30,000 bases of DNA from an uncultured Enterobacteriaceae bacterium (GCA_963530515.1 CAUSEC010000026.1:8075-38074); one strand, 5' to 3'; positions 9,118-20,413 are shown, counted from the first letter of the stretch. Translations and numbers: made by a program. Notes: generated from the letters alone by a model not told the origin.

Positions 9118-9351
9118 TCAGTTATCCAGCTCGCCCATTGACTTCACCTGGTCGCGATTAATCTGCTCGGTTTTTCCCGTCTCTGCGTTTTCATATGACA
9201 CCAGGCCGGTATCTTCATCCACCTGCGGTTTGCCGTCAGTCACGATGGTTTTGCCATCGGTGGTTTTGACCGCCTGATTGGATGAACAGCCCGCGACGGT
9301 AAACAGCGTGGCGGCAGCAAAGACAGTAGTCATCAGTAGTTTGGTTCGCAT
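9118..9351 (-). CDS. Small YgdI/YgdR-family (DUF903) lipoprotein, 77 aa
   Basis: MRTKLLMTTVFAAATLFTVAGC has a lipobox (VAGC). The mature part, TDGKTIVTDGKPQVDEDTGLVSYE..INRDQVKSMGELD, parallels E. coli YgdI/YgdR. A GGGGAGA SD sits 6-7 nt before the ATG at 9351. The longer ORF start (9393) has no SD. Confidence 0.8.
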   Translation of the reverse strand: MRTKLLMTTVFAAATLFTVAGCSSNQAVKTTDGKTIVTDGKPQVDEDTGLVSYENAETGKTEQINRDQVKSMGELDN

Positions 9352-9495
9352 GGTGTTCTCCCCTGCTTTCAGTGAATTAAATCGATATGTCATTCAACTT
9401 TAGACTAACTGTCTGATGGGATGAGCAAAAGCAGAACACTCTGAAGGTCGCACCCCAGCATTCTTTCGCCGCCGGGGAAGCGACAGGGGAAAAAC

Positions 9496-10827
9496 TCAGG
9501 TTCGGGGTTTACTGCGAATGGTCATGCTGCCTGTCTGCATCAGGGTCAGACCACGCGTTTCCGGGGCAAAAACCACCGAGACCACCAGGCCAATCAGCGA
9601 AATACCCGCTCCTATCAGCATGACGTGGTTAATACCGTAGCGGGTAATAAACAGGGGCAATGCCCATGTCGACACCACGGTGCCAATGCGGGTCAGCGAC
9701 ATAATGACGCCCACTGCCGATGCCCGGATATCGGTCGGAAATAACTCATTGGGATAGAGCCATTGCAAAATGCCCGGCCCGCCGGAAAAGAAGGCATACA
9801 CCGCGAATGCCACCACCACCAGCCCGATGCCCAGGTTCGAAACAAGCCCCAGCATCGCCAGCGCCAGTGTCATCATCGCGAAGCTGCCAATCAGTAACGG
9901 ACGCCGGCCCATGCTGTTGAGCCAGAACATGGCCGGGACACAGCCCAGCATAAAGAAAAGGCTGATAACCACATTACCCAGTGCCGCGCTCCTCCCCTGC
10001 TCCCAGCCCAGCAGCCCCACAATCTGCGGACCGAAGGTATAAATGGCGAACATCGGAATGACCTGGCAGGTCCAGATCACGGCAACGAACAACACAAAGG
10101 GAAAATGGCGGCGGTTGAACAACTGCAAAAAGCGCGTTTCCTGAGGCGGTTCATCCTCAAAAGTGACCGGTTCGCCAAACAGCTTAACCATCATCTGCTG
10201 ACACTCTTCCACCCGCCCTTTGCGCAGTAACCAGCGGGGCGATTCCGGCAGGTCGAAACGGCCAATCAGAATGAGCACACAGGGGATAAATGCGCTGCCC
10301 AGCATCCAGCGCCAGCCGCCCTCAACCTCATACAAGCAGTAGCCGACCAGATTGGCGCAGGTCGCGCCGACGTACCACATGGCTGCAATAAAACCTATCG
10401 AGAAAGCACGCTGCCGGGTGTTGGAAAATTCGGTGATCATAGAGGTGGCAATGGGGTAATCCGCACCGATGACGATTCCAATCAGCACCCGCATCACCAA
10501 CAGCTCCAGCGGCGAGGACACGAACATGGTGGCCACCGATATCACCCCAATGGCGACAATATCGATGAGGAACATCTTGCGCCGCCCAACTTTATCCGAA
10601 ATGTAACCAAACAGCGACGTGCCGACGAACAGCCCGGCAAGCGTGGCGGCCCCCAGCAGACCAATCCATTCGGCATCCAGCTTGAGAACAGGCGTCAGTT
10701 GCTCCAGCGCGACGCCGATGATGACCAGCACATAGCCATCCAGAAAGGGGCCACCGCTGCCCCACAGCATGATGCGGCGATGAATGGATGAGAACTGGAT
10801 ATCATCAAAATTTCTTGGCGACTGCAT
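9496..10827 (-). CDS. yaaU: MFS sugar-porter-family transporter YaaU (443 aa), substrate unknown
   Basis: MQSPRNFDDIQFSSIHRRIMLWGSGGPFLDGYVLV... is collinear with E. coli YaaU. The sugar-porter motifs DKVGRRKM and PESPRWL are present. The start is set at Met9 of the ORF to match the K-12 N-terminus. Confidence 0.9.
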   Translation of the reverse strand: MQSPRNFDDIQFSSIHRRIMLWGSGGPFLDGYVLVIIGVALEQLTPVLKLDAEWIGLLGAATLAGLFVGTSLFGYISDKVGRRKMFLIDIVAIGVISVATMFVSSPLELLVMRVLIGIVIGADYPIATSMITEFSNTRQRAFSIGFIAAMWYVGATCANLVGYCLYEVEGGWRWMLGSAFIPCVLILIGRFDLPESPRWLLRKGRVEECQQMMVKLFGEPVTFEDEPPQETRFLQLFNRRHFPFVLFVAVIWTCQVIPMFAIYTFGPQIVGLLGWEQGRSAALGNVVISLFFMLGCVPAMFWLNSMGRRPLLIGSFAMMTLALAMLGLVSNLGIGLVVVAFAVYAFFSGGPGILQWLYPNELFPTDIRASAVGVIMSLTRIGTVVSTWALPLFITRYGINHVMLIGAGISLIGLVVSVVFAPETRGLTLMQTGSMTIRSKPRT

Positions 10828-10900
10828 GGTAACATCCTGTTTTATAGGCAATATGAGTCTTTCTCCTGCGCATCAGTGCGCGATAAACCGCAGAGACAGA

Positions 10901-11188
10901 TCAGCCGTAGCGGAACTCCACGCCAAAGGTGCCACGCGGGTATTCCCATTTTTCCAGCGCCGTGTGCAGCCCCAGGATACGGCAGGTACCACACTCCAGA
11001 CACCCGGCATAATCAAAGCGCACACTGCCGTCTTCCTGCTTTTTGTAGAGCCCGGCAGGACAAGCGTTGATCAAAACCTCCAGAACCTGTTTGTCAGGGT
11101 CGGCTTTCAGCACGATGTGTGGATGCTCTTCATCTACATTGAATTTGTTGACGCCCAGCTTGACGTCTACGTTGACGGGAGAAGTCAT
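10901..11188 (-). CDS. fixX: Ferredoxin-like protein FixX (95 aa)
   Basis: MTSPVNVDVKLGVNKFNVDEEHPHIV...CLECGTCRILG...GVEFRYG is near-identical to E. coli FixX. It overlaps the fixC stop with an ATGA. Confidence 0.95.
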   Translation of the reverse strand: MTSPVNVDVKLGVNKFNVDEEHPHIVLKADPDKQVLEVLINACPAGLYKKQEDGSVRFDYAGCLECGTCRILGLHTALEKWEYPRGTFGVEFRYG

Positions 11189-12471
11189 AGTACGGTCACT
11201 CCTTTGAGGCCATCCTTCATCAGGTTGATAAAACCAACCTGCTTAGCGTGGCGCAGGATTTTTTTACGCATCGGCACCGGTGCACTGCCATCGACGGTAA
11301 AGAGATCGCGGGCCACGCCAACCATCATTTCCGGATAACGTGTGAACATCCGGGGGTTATCGAGAAAGGCGGGGAGACGCTGGTACATGCGCATATCGCG
11401 CATCGGTCCGTTCTCCAGATGCTGATGGTATTGCGCCAGCCCCTGCTTGCTAAAATCGTTGCTTTGCATGGCGGAGAGCACTGTTCTGGCAGCAGCTTCC
11501 CCGGCAGCAATCGCCAGATCCATGCCACGGATGGTGAACCCGAGATTCATGCACATGCCAGCGGCATCGCCCGCAACCAGTACGCCATCGCCCACCAACT
11601 CCGGCTGCATGTTCATTCCCGCTTCCGGCACCACATGTGCACCGTACTCAAGGAGTTTTCCACCCGCAATCAACGGCGCCACGGCAGGATGTTGCCTGAA
11701 ATCTTCCAGCAGATGCGGCACAGACTTTTTGGCCTCTTTAAGAGCGTGAAGGCCGCATACCAGCCCCAGTGATACGGTTGTCTCATTGGTGTACAAGAAG
11801 CCACCGCCCATCAGTCCGTCGGTCGGCGCCCCGGCGAACAGCCAGGCCGCACCTTCGTTACCTCGTAGCTGGAAACGATCGTCGATAACCGATTTCGGCA
11901 GCTCGATAAGCTCCTTCACCCCCACCGCAACCTGTGATGCACTGACCGGTTTCGCCATACCCAGTTGCTCAGCCAGCAGAGAATTCACCCCGTCAGCAAG
12001 GATGACCACCTTCGCTTCCAGGATGTCACCATCGGCCTGGACGCCGACCACTTTGCCATCGCGCTGCACCACATTGTCGACGCGGATACCGGTTATTAAC
12101 TGCGCGCCAGCCTCTTCGGCCTGCGCCATCAACCATGCATCAAACTTACTACGCAGGACGGAGTATGAGGCCTGGGTCGGTTGACTCTCTTCGCCATTGA
12201 GATAGTCCACCGTCATCGCCCCTTTTTCCGTCATAAAGGAGAGTTTTTCGTGGGTAATGAGACGTTCGAGCGGTGCGTGCTGCGCAAAACCAGGAATAAT
12301 GCGTTCAAGACTGTGGGCGTAAAGACGTCCTCCGGTCAGGTTCTTCGCACCCGCGGAGTTGCCGCGCTCAATCACCAACACCTGCGCGCCCTCACGAGCG
12401 AGCACCAGGGCCGCGACCGAACCGGCCAGCCCCGCGCCTACAATGATGGCGTCAAAGATATCTTCTGACAT
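11185..12471 (-). CDS. fixC: FAD-dependent oxidoreductase FixC (ETF-quinone oxidoreductase-like), 428 aa
   Basis: The N-terminal FAD motif is FDAIIVGAGLAGSVAAL. Length and order match E. coli fixC. Confidence 0.95.
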   Translation of the reverse strand: MSEDIFDAIIVGAGLAGSVAALVLAREGAQVLVIERGNSAGAKNLTGGRLYAHSLERIIPGFAQHAPLERLITHEKLSFMTEKGAMTVDYLNGEESQPTQASYSVLRSKFDAWLMAQAEEAGAQLITGIRVDNVVQRDGKVVGVQADGDILEAKVVILADGVNSLLAEQLGMAKPVSASQVAVGVKELIELPKSVIDDRFQLRGNEGAAWLFAGAPTDGLMGGGFLYTNETTVSLGLVCGLHALKEAKKSVPHLLEDFRQHPAVAPLIAGGKLLEYGAHVVPEAGMNMQPELVGDGVLVAGDAAGMCMNLGFTIRGMDLAIAAGEAAARTVLSAMQSNDFSKQGLAQYHQHLENGPMRDMRMYQRLPAFLDNPRMFTRYPEMMVGVARDLFTVDGSAPVPMRKKILRHAKQVGFINLMKDGLKGVTVL

Positions 12472-12525
12472 AAAAGCTCCAGAACTTACCTGTAACGGCA
12501 GGGCTTCAAGTGCCCCGCCTGAAAA

Positions 12526-13467
12526 TTAACGCCCGAGAGCGCGAGTCAGCGCAGGCAGAATCTTCATCGCGTCACCGACGATGCCGTAATCCGCATACTG
12601 GAAAATGGGTGCATTTTTGTCTTTGTTGATGGCAAAAATCGTCTGCGAACCGTTCGCCCCCACCATGTGCTGGATCTGCCCTGAAATCCCCACCGCCAGG
12701 TATAACTCGGGTTTGAGCATCAGATTGGAAATGCCGACATAGCGCTCGTGTACCATCCATTTTTCGTTCTCCGCCACCGGGCGAGAACAGGCCAGCTCCG
12801 CGCCAATGGCTTCGCACAACGCGGTCGCCAGCGAAATATTGTCTTTGCTGCCAATGCCGCGCCCCACGCTCACCACCCGTCGCGCTTTATCAAGGTCGAC
12901 ATGGCTGCTCTGGCGCGCCTCAATGGCGGTACGGGTGACGGCACTATCCGGCGAGTGCCACGCCACGGCTTTAGCGCCCCCCGTGCATGACACGTCCAGC
13001 GCTGCGGGTTCAAATGTGCCGCTACCTACCGTGATGACCGCAAAAGCGGTGCGCAGTGTCTCTTCACCAATCGCCAGCCCGCCGTACACCATGTGTTTTA
13101 CTGCTGCGTTATCCCCCTGACGGTCGACGGCGCTGGCATCATTAGACACGCCCGCCTCCAGGCGATAGCCCAGTTTCGCTGCCAGTAATTTGCCCCGACG
13201 GGTATTGGGCAACAGCACCAGACCGGCGTCACTTTGCTGGCGGATAACATCGACCATCACGCCCGCATAATCCTCCATCATGCGGTCATCGGGTTTCCCC
13301 GTGAGTCGCCAGACGTCGTCTGCACCCAGTTGAAAAGCCGTGATGCTGTCCGCCTCATTGAGGGCAAACGCAAAAACCTTTTCACCTAAATCCCGCGCGC
13401 CACCCATTAATTCCGCCAGGCGAACCGGTGAATCTGTGAACACCCAAACAGTGGAAAACTTGCTCAT
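12526..13467 (-). CDS. fixB: Electron-transfer flavoprotein alpha-subunit homologue FixB (313 aa)
   Basis: The ETF-alpha C-terminal block is [28 protein letters not shown]. Position and length match E. coli fixB. Confidence 0.95.
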   Translation of the reverse strand: MSKFSTVWVFTDSPVRLAELMGGARDLGEKVFAFALNEADSITAFQLGADDVWRLTGKPDDRMMEDYAGVMVDVIRQQSDAGLVLLPNTRRGKLLAAKLGYRLEAGVSNDASAVDRQGDNAAVKHMVYGGLAIGEETLRTAFAVITVGSGTFEPAALDVSCTGGAKAVAWHSPDSAVTRTAIEARQSSHVDLDKARRVVSVGRGIGSKDNISLATALCEAIGAELACSRPVAENEKWMVHERYVGISNLMLKPELYLAVGISGQIQHMVGANGSQTIFAINKDKNAPIFQYADYGIVGDAMKILPALTRALGR

Positions 13468-13479
13468 AACATCCCCCTC

Positions 13480-14250
13480 TTACTTAATGATTTTGCGAAG
13501 ATTCTCGGCAAATGCGGCTATTTGTTCTTCACCATCGCCTTCAATAATAAGGCGCTGACGTTCACGCTGTTTCGGTACCGCAACCTGTTGAACCGAGTGT
13601 GCCTGCACGCCTGCAAAACCAATATCTGCCGGTGTCCACACCTGTACCGGTTTCTTCGCCGCGCCAAGAATGGCTTTCATAGAGGGGATTTGTGGGGCGT
13701 TAATGTCGGCTGTTACTGCCACCACAGCCGGGAGCGGTATGCTCAGTGTTTCAATTTCATCTTCCAGCTCACGTTCAACAATCAGGGTGTTGTCCGTCAC
13801 GGAGAGAATATTACTGACGCCATTGATAGCTGGAATATGGAGCATTTCACCCAATAACAGACCCACCTGTTGGGCGTAAAGATCGGAGGAACCATCCCCG
13901 CAGATCAGAAGATCAAACCCCGTTTTTTGTGCTGCAACAGCCAGTGCCGCCGCCGTTTGCTGTGGCAGAGCCTGTTCAAACTGGTCATCAATCACCACCA
14001 CCAACTCGTCCGGGCCGCGCGAAAGCACATCTTTGCGTCCTTTCACATTGTTCAGTGCTTTGCCGCCCACGCTCATGGCGACAACGTGTGATTCGCTGAC
14101 TAACTGTTTTAGCTGACACGCGGCTTCAATTGCATTCAGGTCATACTGGCTGATTTTCGCATCGGCTTTACTCATATCTAACGAACCATCGACGCTAATC
14201 GCAATATCCTGTTCATCAGGAACGCACTTGTAGCAAGTAATTATCTTCAT
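13480..14250 (-). CDS. fixA: Electron-transfer flavoprotein beta-subunit homologue FixA (256 aa)
   Basis: [17 protein letters not shown]... matches the E. coli FixA N-terminus. A GGAG SD sits 5 nt upstream of the ATG at 14250. The 21-codon upstream extension in the ORF track is not supported. Confidence 0.93.
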   Translation of the reverse strand: MKIITCYKCVPDEQDIAISVDGSLDMSKADAKISQYDLNAIEAACQLKQLVSESHVVAMSVGGKALNNVKGRKDVLSRGPDELVVVIDDQFEQALPQQTAAALAVAAQKTGFDLLICGDGSSDLYAQQVGLLLGEMLHIPAINGVSNILSVTDNTLIVERELEDEIETLSIPLPAVVAVTADINAPQIPSMKAILGAAKKPVQVWTPADIGFAGVQAHSVQQVAVPKQRERQRLIIEGDGEEQIAAFAENLRKIIK

Positions 14251-14724
14251 TGCATCTCCAGAAATCATGAAGGAATCATCATCCATATTGTTGGCGCTAA
14301 ATACAGATATCATGCGCTTTAATTCCGGGATAAAACATTAATCACCAATATTGAAAATGTCACACACTGATATTTCTGACTTTCAATATTGTTAACCATC
14401 TCAAAAATATTAAAAGATGATATTAAATGAAGCGTTCAATAGTGCCTCCCAGATCACCAATATTGAATAAGCAATGGGTAAAACATCACCAAAATACAAA
14501 ATAACAATATGATTTCATTCATTAAAATAACAAATCACAAAGCAAGCGCCAACCGACAAAAAATGTGATTTAAATAACAGAACGCATGTTAACGAATACC
14601 CATCATGAGTGCCTTCACGACTCAAACCCGAGGTTAAATTGCAGTAAATTAGCACCCACAAATTTGAACAAAAATATAACAAATGGACGTGAATATAAAT
14701 TAATTATGACACTGGAATTCAACC
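14251..14724. promoter_or_regulatory. AT-rich divergent cai/fix control region (promoters for fixABCX and caiTABCDE)
   Basis: This is a 474-bp, strongly AT-rich spacer between divergent operons. In E. coli this region is known to be controlled by CRP, CaiF and H-NS under anaerobiosis. It contains CRP-like sites and repeated CAATATTG / ATCACCAA motifs (see findings). Confidence 0.85.
14564..14579. promoter_or_regulatory. CRP-like site TGTGATTTAAATAACA in the cai-proximal half of the control region
   Basis: It matches the TGTGA-N6-TCACA core at 9/10 positions and lies 146-161 nt upstream of the caiT ATG. A weaker CRP-like site, TGTTAACCATCTCAAA, is at 14390..14405 on the fix-proximal side. Confidence 0.5.
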
Positions 14725-16242
14725 ATGAAAAATGACAAAAGAAAGTCAGGAATTGAACCAAAGGTTTTTTTCCCGCCGCTAATTATTGTCGGGATACTTT
14801 GCTGGCTGACGGTCAGAGATCTTGATGCCGCAAACGTTGTTATTAATGCCGTATTTAGCTATGTCACCACTGTCTGGGGCTGGGCCTTCGAATGGTATAT
14901 GGTCGTAATGCTTTTCGGATGGTTCTGGCTGGTTTTCGGCCCCTACGCCAAAAAGAAATTAGGCGATGAAGCCCCCGAATTCAGCACCACCAGCTGGATT
15001 TTCATGATGTTTGCCTCTTGTACCTCCGCCGCCGTGTTGTTCTGGGGCTCTATCGAAATCTACTATTACATTTCGAGCCCGCCTTTCGATATCGCCGCCA
15101 ACTCAACACAGGCCAAAGGCTTTGGTCTGGCCTATAGCCTGTTTCACTGGGGCCCGCTGCCCTGGGCAACCTATAGCTTCTTGTCCGTTGCTTTTGCCTA
15201 CTTCTTTTTTGTTCGCAAAATGGATGTGATTCGCCCCAGTTCCACGCTGATTCCACTGGTTGGTGAAAAACGCGCCAAAGGGTGGCTCGGCACGATCGTA
15301 GACAACTTCTACCTTGTGGCGCTGATCTTCGCGATGGGGACGAGTCTGGGCCTGGCCACACCGCTGGTCACCGAATGTATTCAGTATCTTTTTGGCGTCC
15401 CACACACGCTGCTTTTAGATGGCATCATCATTTCCTGCTGGATAATCCTGAATGCAATCTGCGTGGCCTGCGGCCTGCAAAAAGGGGTAAAAATTGCCAG
15501 TGATATCCGCAGTTACCTGAGTTTTCTGATGCTGGGCTGGGTGTTTATTGTTTGCGGCGCCAGCTTCGTGATGAACTACTTCACGGACTCCATCGGCACC
15601 CTGATGATGTACCTGCCTCGGATGCTGTTTTATACCGACCCGATCGGTAAAAGTGGCTTCCCTCAGAGCTGGACGGTCTTCTATTGGGCATGGTGGGTCG
15701 TTTACGCCATCCAGATGTGCATCTTCCTCGCCCGTATCTCCCGTGGTCGCACCGTCAGGGAATTGTGTATCGGGATGGTCACGGGCTTGACCGCGTCAAC
15801 CTGGATTCTGTGGACCATTCTTGGCAGCAATACAATGCTGCTGATGGATAAAAATATCCTGAATATACCTAACCTTATCGCTGAGCATGGCGTACCACGC
15901 GCCATTATTGAGACCTGGGCCGCCCTCCCCTTCAGCACGGCAACCATGTGGGGCTTTTTTATTCTCTGCTTTATCGCCACCGTTACGCTCATCAACGCCT
16001 GTTCTTACACCCTGGCGATGTCGACCTGCCGCGAAGTACGCGATGGCGAAGAGCCGCCGCTGCTGGTGCGCATCGGCTGGTCCGTGCTGGTCGGCATTAT
16101 CGGCATCGTGCTGCTGGCGCTGGGTGGCCTGAAACCGATCCAAACCGCGATTATCGCCGGGGGCTGCCCGCTCTTTTTCGTCAACATCATGGTGACACTG
16201 TCCTTCATTAAGGACGCCAAAGTGCACTGGAAAGATAAATAA
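14725..16242 (+). CDS. caiT: L-carnitine/gamma-butyrobetaine antiporter (BCCT family), 505 aa
   Basis: [47 protein letters not shown]... is collinear with E. coli CaiT. Confidence 0.96.
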   Translation: MKNDKRKSGIEPKVFFPPLIIVGILCWLTVRDLDAANVVINAVFSYVTTVWGWAFEWYMVVMLFGWFWLVFGPYAKKKLGDEAPEFSTTSWIFMMFASCTSAAVLFWGSIEIYYYISSPPFDIAANSTQAKGFGLAYSLFHWGPLPWATYSFLSVAFAYFFFVRKMDVIRPSSTLIPLVGEKRAKGWLGTIVDNFYLVALIFAMGTSLGLATPLVTECIQYLFGVPHTLLLDGIIISCWIILNAICVACGLQKGVKIASDIRSYLSFLMLGWVFIVCGASFVMNYFTDSIGTLMMYLPRMLFYTDPIGKSGFPQSWTVFYWAWWVVYAIQMCIFLARISRGRTVRELCIGMVTGLTASTWILWTILGSNTMLLMDKNILNIPNLIAEHGVPRAIIETWAALPFSTATMWGFFILCFIATVTLINACSYTLAMSTCREVRDGEEPPLLVRIGWSVLVGIIGIVLLALGGLKPIQTAIIAGGCPLFFVNIMVTLSFIKDAKVHWKDK

Positions 16243-16272
16243 GCTAATTCAACCAGATCAAGAGGTTAAAAG

Positions 16273-17415
16273 ATGGACTTTAACTTAAATGATGAACAGG
16301 AGCTGTTCGTCGCCGGCATTCGCGAGTTAATGGCGAGTGAAAATTGGGAAGCCTATTTTGCTGAGTGTGACAGGGACAGCCTCTACCCGGAGCGTTTTGT
16401 CAAAGCTCTTGCCGATATGGGCATTGATAGCCTGTTACTCCCGGAAGAGCATGGCGGCCTGGACGCGGGTTTCGTTACCGTCGCAGCAGTCTGGATGGAG
16501 CTGGGTCGCCTTGGTGCGCCCACTTATGTGCTCTACCAGCTTCCCGGTGGCTTCAACACCGTATTACGCGAAGGCAGCCAGGAACAAATCGACAAAATTA
16601 TGGCGTTCCGGGGGACGGGTAAGCAAATGTGGAACTCTGCCATCACAGAACCTGGAGCCGGCTCGGATGTTGGCAGTTTAAAAACCACCTATACCCGCAG
16701 AGATGGTAAGGTCTACCTCAACGGCAGCAAATGCTTTATTACCAGCAGCGCCCATACCCCTTACATCGTGGTGATGGCACGCGACGGTGACTCACCGGAT
16801 AAACCGATTTATACCGAATGGTTTGTCGACATGAACAAACCTGGCATCAAGGTCAACAAGCTGGAAAAACTCGGCCTGCGCATGGACAGCTGCTGCGAAA
16901 TCAACTTCGACGATCTTGAGTTGAATGAGACAGACAGGTTTGGCCGTGAAGGGAATGGATTTAACCGCGTCAAAGAGGAATTTGACCACGAACGCTTCCT
17001 GGTCGCCCTGACCAACTACGGAACCGCCATGTGTGCCTTTGAAGATGCGGCGCGCTACGCCAATCAACGCGTGCAGTTTGGTGAGACGATTGGTCGCTTC
17101 CAGCTGATTCAGGAGAAGTTTGCACACATGGCTATCAAGCTTAATGCCATGAAAAACATGCTGCTGGAAACCGCATGGAAAAGCGATAACGGCACCATCA
17201 CCTCCGGTGATGCGGCGATGTGCAAATACTTTTGTGCCAACGCCGCTTTTGAGGTCGTCGACAGCTCAATGCAGGTGTTGGGGGGAATCGGTATCGCGGG
17301 CAATCACCGCGTGACGCGTTTCTGGCGCGATCTGCGTGTTGATCGTGTATCCGGTGGATCTGACGAAATGCAGATCCTGACGCTGGGCCGCGCGGTGCTG
17401 AAACAGTACCGCTAA
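16273..17415 (+). CDS. caiA: Crotonobetainyl-CoA reductase (acyl-CoA dehydrogenase family), 380 aa
   Basis: [35 protein letters not shown]... is the same length as E. coli CaiA. An AGAGG SD is present. Confidence 0.96.
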   Translation: MDFNLNDEQELFVAGIRELMASENWEAYFAECDRDSLYPERFVKALADMGIDSLLLPEEHGGLDAGFVTVAAVWMELGRLGAPTYVLYQLPGGFNTVLREGSQEQIDKIMAFRGTGKQMWNSAITEPGAGSDVGSLKTTYTRRDGKVYLNGSKCFITSSAHTPYIVVMARDGDSPDKPIYTEWFVDMNKPGIKVNKLEKLGLRMDSCCEINFDDLELNETDRFGREGNGFNRVKEEFDHERFLVALTNYGTAMCAFEDAARYANQRVQFGETIGRFQLIQEKFAHMAIKLNAMKNMLLETAWKSDNGTITSGDAAMCKYFCANAAFEVVDSSMQVLGGIGIAGNHRVTRFWRDLRVDRVSGGSDEMQILTLGRAVLKQYR

Positions 17416-17434
17416 TACGTGTGCCAATGGCACT

Positions 17435-18753
<1,319 letters not shown>

Positions 18754-18760
18754 ATGGGCA

Positions 18761-18796
18761 GCGTCAGCCGGAGGCTTATCGTCATCTGGCTGACGC
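18761..18796 (+). other. Intercistronic stem-loop (9-bp perfect stem GCGTCAGCC/GGCTGACGC, 18-nt loop) between caiB and caiC
   Basis: The inverted repeat is read directly. It starts 8 nt after the caiB stop and ends about 30 nt before the caiC ATG. Confidence 0.45.
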
Positions 18797-18825
18797 CAGG
18801 CCCCATTTCAATGGATAAATGTGCA

Positions 18826-20382
18826 ATGGATGTGATTGGTGGGCAACACTTGCGTCAGATGTGGGATGACCTGGCGGAGGTCTATGGCGATAAAACTGCG
18901 CTGATTTTCGAGTCATGTGAAGGCATGGTGCAGCAGTTTAGCTATGCGTCGCTGAATGAAGACATTAACCGTACGGCGAACCTGTTCCATCATCTGGGCA
19001 TTCAGAAAGGCGACAAAGTTGCGCTGCATCTGGATAACTGCCCGGAGTTTATCTTTTGCTGGTTTGGGCTGGCAAAAATAGGGGCCATCATCGTGCCGAT
19101 CAACGCCCGCTTACTCCATGAGGAATGTGCATGGATTTTGCACAACAGTCAGGCGTGTCTGCTGGTGACCACCGATAATTTCATGCCGTTGTATCGTCCG
19201 ATTCTGCAGGAAAGCGATGCAAAACTGGCGCACATCTGTTCAATCAGCCCGCATTTCTGCTCCGATGACCCCAGCGTAAGCGATTTTTATCGTCTAAAGG
19301 ACGCACAGCCCGCCACTCTAAAGTACGCCCCGCCCTTAAGCACGGATGACACTGCGGAAATCCTCTTTACCTCCGGTACAACGTCACGGCCAAAAGGGGT
19401 TGTGATCACCCACTATAACTTGCGCTTCGCAGGCTACTACTCCGCCTGGCAATGCGCGCTGCGTGAAGACGATGTTTATCTGACCGTGATGCCCGCTTTC
19501 CATATTGATTGCCAGTGCACGGCCGCCATGGCTGCCTTCTCCAGCGGCGCGACCTTTGTACTTATCGAGAAATACAGCGCCAGGGCGTTCTGGCGACAGG
19601 TGCGGCAGTATCGTGCCACCGTCACCGAATGTATTCCCATGATGATTCGAACATTGATGGTGCAACCCTCTCAGCCGGAGGATAGCCAACATTGTGTGCG
19701 GGAGGTGCTCTTCTATCTCAACCTGTCAGAACAAGAAAAAGACGCCTTTACAACACGCTTTGGCGTCAAACTTCTGACCTCCTATGGCATGACAGAAACG
19801 ATTGTCGGGATCATTGGCGACAGGCCCGGTGATAAGCGACGCTGGCCCTCCATCGGTCGCGCAGGATTTTGCTACGAAGCTGAAATTCGCAGCGATCAAA
19901 ACCAGCCGCTGCCGCCGCATGAAATTGGCGAAATCTGTATTAAAGGTGTGCCAGGAAAAACCCTCTTCAAAGAATACTACGGCCGACCTGACGCCACCGC
20001 CAGTGCGCTGGAAGCCAGCGGTTGGCTACACACTGGGGATTCAGGTTATGTCGATGAAGAGGGCTTTTTCTATTTTGTCGACAGACGCTGCAACATGATT
20101 AAACGTGGCGGTGAAAACGTATCCTGCGTGGAGATTGAAAATATCATCTTAACCCATCCCAAAATTCAGGATGCCGTCGTCATTGGCGTAAACGATCTTA
20201 TTCGGGATGAGGCGATAAAAGCATTCGTTGTTCTTCACGAAGGGGAACAATTAAGTGAGCAGGAATTCATTCTGTTTTGCGAAGTGAATATGGCGAAATT
20301 TAAAGTGCCTTCATTTGTTGAATTCAGACATGACCTGCCGCGTAACTGCTCGGGAAAAGTGATTAAAAAGAATCTTAATTAA
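18826..20382 (+). CDS. caiC: Crotonobetaine/carnitine-CoA ligase (AMP-binding family), 518 aa
   Basis: [29 protein letters not shown]... matches the E. coli CaiC N-terminus. The AMP-binding motif [13 protein letters not shown] is present. An alternative in-frame ATG lies at 18811 (MDKCAMDV...). The ORF-track start at 18754 abuts the caiB stop and is not credible. Confidence 0.9.
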   Translation: MDVIGGQHLRQMWDDLAEVYGDKTALIFESCEGMVQQFSYASLNEDINRTANLFHHLGIQKGDKVALHLDNCPEFIFCWFGLAKIGAIIVPINARLLHEECAWILHNSQACLLVTTDNFMPLYRPILQESDAKLAHICSISPHFCSDDPSVSDFYRLKDAQPATLKYAPPLSTDDTAEILFTSGTTSRPKGVVITHYNLRFAGYYSAWQCALREDDVYLTVMPAFHIDCQCTAAMAAFSSGATFVLIEKYSARAFWRQVRQYRATVTECIPMMIRTLMVQPSQPEDSQHCVREVLFYLNLSEQEKDAFTTRFGVKLLTSYGMTETIVGIIGDRPGDKRRWPSIGRAGFCYEAEIRSDQNQPLPPHEIGEICIKGVPGKTLFKEYYGRPDATASALEASGWLHTGDSGYVDEEGFFYFVDRRCNMIKRGGENVSCVEIENIILTHPKIQDAVVIGVNDLIRDEAIKAFVVLHEGEQLSEQEFILFCEVNMAKFKVPSFVEFRHDLPRNCSGKVIKKNLN

Positions 20383-20384
20383 GA

Positions 20385-20413
20385 TAATCGGCTGACATTC
20401 TATCAGCCGATTA
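20385..20413 (+). other. Intercistronic stem-loop (11-bp perfect stem TAATCGGCTGA/TCAGCCGATTA, 7-nt loop) just after the caiC stop; followed by A6, not a U-tract
   Basis: The inverted repeat is read directly. It lacks a downstream T-run on the plus strand, so it is probably an mRNA-stability or processing element rather than a terminator. Confidence 0.45.

Noticed and set aside
10784-11338. 184-aa plus-strand ORF spanning the yaaU start, fixX and the fixC 3' end
   Set aside because: It is antisense to three well-supported genes and an intergenic region, and it has no domain resemblance.
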